A DNA stretch of 63,683 bases, counting the filler, from Chiloscyllium plagiosum (lineage: Eukaryota): assembly GCF_004010195.1 (NCBI RefSeq). It is 3 parts of one record of this genome, joined end to end, with 100 filler letters (N's around TTAATTAATTAA, not from the genome) between each part and the next. Parts side by side here need not be neighbours in the genome. Positions count along the whole stretch, not along the records: positions 53,648 to 63,683 come from NC_057716.1; 2 more parts are not named here. The stretch is one strand, 5' to 3'. The translations under genes and the position numbers were made by a program. The notes beneath the pieces are model-generated. The model did not search any database. It was not told the DNA's origin and was given only the letters and a program-made list of their open reading frames with translations. Of the stretch, positions 59,700 through 63,683 are shown one piece after another (the stretch's first letter is position 1; the number at the start of each line of letters is the position of its first letter).

Positions 59700-60470
59700 G
59701 CAGATAATCCTCTTTCTTAAATAACAGCGCACAGTCCTCCAGCTATGGTCTGGTCAATCCCCTGGAGAGTTGTAATGAAGCATCCTTACTCTTATATTCC
59801 ATTTTCCATGCACCAAACACTAATGTTCTATTTGTCTTCCTCTTCACTTGTTGTACCTCACATTTTTTGATTCATATATAAGGACATCCAGATCCTAGGC
59901 TTTGCAATCTTAATCCTTTTAAATAGTTTGCAACTTTTCTACTCCTCCTGGCAAAGTGACATGTTCACATTTTCACACGATATAGTCCATCTGCCAATTT
60001 TGTTCCCCAATCACTCAACTTTTCAGAAAACATTTACTCGCACGTTGCCGGGAATGACAAGCCTGAGTTATACGGACAGGCTGGGATATTTCTCACAGGA
60101 GCACAGGAGGCTGAGGGATGACCTTATCGATGCTTATACAATCATGAGGGGCATGGATAAGGTGAATAGTAAAGGTCTTTTCCCCCAGGGTGGGGGAGTT
60201 CAAGACCAGAGGGCATAATCGTAAGGTGAGAGGTGAAAAATGGAAAAGACACCTGAGGGGCAACCTTTTCACCCAGAGGGTGGTGCGTGTGTGGAATGAG
60301 CTGCCAGAGGAAGTGGTGGAGGCTGCTACAATTACAGCATTTAAAAGACAATGGGACAATGGATTTGAGGGATCTGGGTCAAATGCATGCAAGGGGGACC
60401 ACTATCGTGTGGGAAAGTTAGTTGGCATGGATGAGTTCGACCAAAGAGTCTGTTTCCAAGCTGTATGACT
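59700..60470. mobile_element. CR1 fragments (- strand 59700-60020, + strand 60020-60470)
   Basis: RRLRDDLIDAYTIMRG; TQRVVRVWNELPEEVVEA. Confidence 0.8.
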
Positions 60471-60477
60471 CGCTAAA

Positions 60478-60695
60478 CCAAGAACAGCAACTCGACAGAA
60501 TCTGAGGAGAGAGAAACAGAGTTAACAGAGTCCAATATGAGCCTTTTCTCAGAACTATTTCAGAATTCCCGAGTTCTGAAGGGCCATGCCAAGCCCGAAA
60601 CGTTAACTGTTTCTCTCTCCAAAGACGCTGCCAGACCTGCTGAGTTTCTCCACCACTTTTGGCTGTTCCTTCCTTTCGGATTTCCAGTATGCACT
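60478..60695. mobile_element. Decayed fold-back Penelope-derived insert
   Basis: gagagaaacagagttaac ... gttctgaagggccatgccaagcccgaaacgttaactgtttctctc. Confidence 0.6.
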
Positions 60696-61439
60696 GTATT
60701 CCCCTTTTCCTTTCTCACCTATCATTGTGTCATCAGCAAATTTGGCACCATGACCTTCAGTCCCTCAGAGCTGTTTCTGAAAACAAATTGGATAGTATTT
60801 TTCTCTGGATACTATTGGTTATAATTAGTTCCAGACTCATTCCATTCTGTGATTTTCCACCCACCATCAGCTGGAAACAATTCAGTACTTGCTTCTTGTG
60901 TGACTGGAGCCTTGCTCTGGTTTTGCCTCTTGGATGAGATGAGATTGGCCCCAGCTACTGAAGCCGTGTAGAAATGGATTTGCTGCTGATTTGTTCCTGT
61001 CAATCCCAGCTTTCCTCCTTCCTGTTCACACTCATAGATTAATGACCCAATGCAAAATCATCAGCTAACTGGTAAGATTGTAAGGTCAAAATGGGGGGGG
61101 GGAGAGGGGTGGAGCTAATCTGTGCTCCACAGAGTCATTATCGGCAGCTACCAAGGCTACACAAGCCAGGAAGCATTAACAGCTCCAGATCAGTATCATT
61201 AAGGTATTCCCAACCGGATAGGACAAGGCAGAGCCGGGGAATGATTATAACAGCTTGCACCTTTATCAGTGGGCTCGTGACCCAGGCTAATCCTCTGGGA
61301 ATAAGGATACAAATCACACCAATGCCTCGGCAGAGATTTAATAAACTCTCGAATTGAAAGCTTGTCTCAGTGATGGTGACCCTGAAAGATAGTCTAAGAA
61401 CCCAACTGGTTCACTAATGTTCTTTAGGAAAGAAAATAA

Positions 61440-62060
61440 GACCACAAAGCCATAGGAGGTAGGAACAGGAGAATGCTGTTCAGTCCCTCAAGCCTGTCCA
61501 TCATTCAATCGGATCGTGCTAATCCAAAATTCCCCACATCTACTTGCCTGGCCATTTCCTTAATTCCCCGACTGATCAAGACTCAATCTATCTCAGCCTT
61601 CAATGTACACAAGGATACTGTGTCCTTACATAGAACATAGAACAGTACAGCACAGTACAGGCCCTTTGGCCCTCGATGTTGTGCTGGCCTTTTATCCTAC
61701 TCTAAGATTAGACAAACCCACACACCCTTCATTGGACTACCTTCCATGTGCCTCTCCAAGAGTCACTTAAATGTCCCTAATGTCTCTGACTCTATTCCCA
61801 CTGCTGGCAGTGCATTCCACACACCCACCACTCTCTGTGTAAAGAACCTACCTCTGACATCTCCCCGAAACCTTCCTCCAATCACCATAAAATGATGTCC
61901 CCTCGTGATGGGCATTTCCGCCCTGGGAAAACATCTCTGACTGTCCACTCTGTCCATGCCTCCCATCATCCTGTACACCTCAATCAAGTCACCTCTCATC
62001 CGACTTCACTCCAATGAGAAAAGCCTTAGCTCTCTCAACCTTTCTTCATTAGACCTGATC
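61440..62060 (-). mobile_element. CR1 3' ends (two)
   Basis: MRGDLIEVYRMMGG...FFTQRVVGVWNALP; reverse tail catagaacatagaac. Confidence 0.85.
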
Positions 62061-62569
62061 TCCATTAGACATGTGACTCCAGACCCACTGCAATGTGGTT
62101 GACTGAACCACCCACTGGATAATTAGAGACGGGGAGTAAGTGCTGATGTCCACATCCGGGGATTGAATTAAAAACATTGCAGTTTGGCTTGACAAGGTCA
62201 GAGAAATGTCAGGACACTCTCAGGCATCTTTGGTCTACCAGAGCTCACCTCTCTATTTCGAGACCCGGTTTCTTCAAAGGAAGACAAGGATTTGTTCCCT
62301 AAGCTCTCAGCTGGGCCACATTGTCACCATAACGCCAAGAACATATGGGCGTGGGACGGGCAAAATGTCCATCTTGTGATGTGGTCGATTGGCCAAGGAT
62401 TCACTATGAGGGTGTGTGAGAATCAGGCTAAAGCCAGCAGTCACAGCTCACAGGGCACTTTACAGCATCTGCAATTAATATTGAGTTCAATACCTTCAAA
62501 TTATGGCCCCACTCCCATTCCTTTCCTTTTTTGTAGCTTGAGTTGTTACATTCTCTGTCACCATGTCCC

Positions 62570-62910
62570 CCCCACCCCCGTGGGGACTGTCTTGACTTTC
62601 CCAGTCTGACAGGTAGACGCACCATTGTACTGCCATTCTCATGTTCTGATCACTTGATCTGAACTATCGACATCCTTTCTTCATCAGCACCTTACACCCC
62701 CCCCCCCCCCCCCCCCCCCAACACGCCAAACGTAGTATAAATGCTGACCCCCTCCACACTTCACTTCAGCTCTGAGGAAGAGTTATCTGAAGAGGAACTG
62801 TTAGTTTGCTCTCTCTCTCTCCATGGATGCTGTCTGTCCCACTGCTCTCTCTCTCTCCATGGATGCTGTCTGTCCCACTATGATCTCCAGCATTAGTTGT
62901 TTTCAGTTCA
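62570..62910 (+). mobile_element. Decayed Penelope terminal fragment (related piece at 31705-31815)
   Basis: agctctgaggaagagttatctg...ttgctctctctccatggatgctgtctg...gatctccagcatt. Confidence 0.5.
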
Positions 62911-63454
62911 GCTCGATCCCACAATGTTCCCTCGGTCCCTGGTCCCTGATCTGTTTGTCAGGACTGGAGATGACTCCATCTGAGTGGCTGGTTATTTTTG
63001 CAAGTTTCTAACAGGCAGGCAGGAAAAGGGCCCTTCACATGGATGCACTGAGTCTCAGGTTCAGGTTGTCGAGCTGACTGGGAGAAGTCTTCACTGACAA
63101 TGAGCCGCTGTATCCCCTCGGGCAGCCCTTGTCGGGACGACATGGCAAATGGGGTGTGACCCATGTGACAAGCTCACTGCATCAACCCGGATCAAACAGT
63201 CACTGGGTGAACTCATCCCGCTGCTCAATCACACGTCCCAGAGTGGGACAATGAGGCAAGATTTTCATGTTCCATCTCTGGATGTGGCGCTGCTATCGCC
63301 TCGTCAGTCAGCACGTTGGGAAGGCAAGTGAGAATGTTCTTGCTGTATCTTTACCGTCCACAGACTCCATGATACAGGACACAGCTCTCAGCAAACATGA
63401 GGTGACCACGAAGGGGCCTGACATGCAGCTATGGAGCTATTTCACCGACACAGA

Positions 63455-63683
63455 GAGTCATAGAGATGTACAGCATGGAAACAGAGCCTTCGATCCAACC
63501 CGTCCATGCTGACCAGATATCCCAACCCAATCTAGTCCCACCTGCCAGCACCCGGCCCATATCCCTCCAAACCCTTCCTATTCATATACCCATCCAGATG
63601 CCTCTTAAATGTTGCAATTGTACCAGCCTCCACCACTTCCTCTGGCAGCTCATTCCATACACGCACCACCCTCTGTGTGAAAA
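63455..63683 (-). mobile_element. CR1 3' end at the window edge
   Basis: Reverse complement of the tail at 20937-21130. Confidence 0.85.

Noticed and set aside
61038..61073. Possible short + strand exon (pyrimidine tract-catAG ... CTG|GTAAGA)
   Set aside because: The translation does not resemble any tensin exon I recall, and there is no other support.
62697..62719. Long poly-C run as a G-quadruplex element
   Set aside because: Lies in a decayed repeat, and homopolymer length is unreliable in this assembly.

Overview
Repeat-dense vertebrate genomic DNA, almost certainly from a shark or other elasmobranch (HE1-type V-SINEs, CR1 LINEs, Neptune-type Penelope elements), from a gapped draft scaffold. 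The only host gene I can support is tensin-1 (TNS1), seen as three internal coding exons with clean AG/GT boundaries. The C1-domain exon is on the + strand (24650-24764). Two exons from the end of the C2 domain are on the - strand (52615-52680 and 39555-39671). The opposite orientation coincides with two artificial 100-bp N44-TTAATTAATTAA-N44 joins, so it is most likely a scaffolding inversion. Two candidate alternative first exons (MLW|gt and MRSD|gt) lie upstream of the C1 exon. The rest is intronic: decayed CR1 and other LINE copies, a Rex1/Babar fragment, two SINE families, a solo LTR, a TA-flanked MITE, several minisatellites and a 3.7-kb pentamer satellite. The most interesting signal is about 15 short Penelope-derived inserts from several families. 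They carry minimal type-I hammerhead ribozyme motifs, are often arranged as fold-back hairpins flanked by 11-18 bp target-site duplications, and include non-canonical core variants and copies in the sense orientation of the TNS1 pre-mRNA. Repeat boundaries are approximate and family names come from recalled motifs, not database searches.
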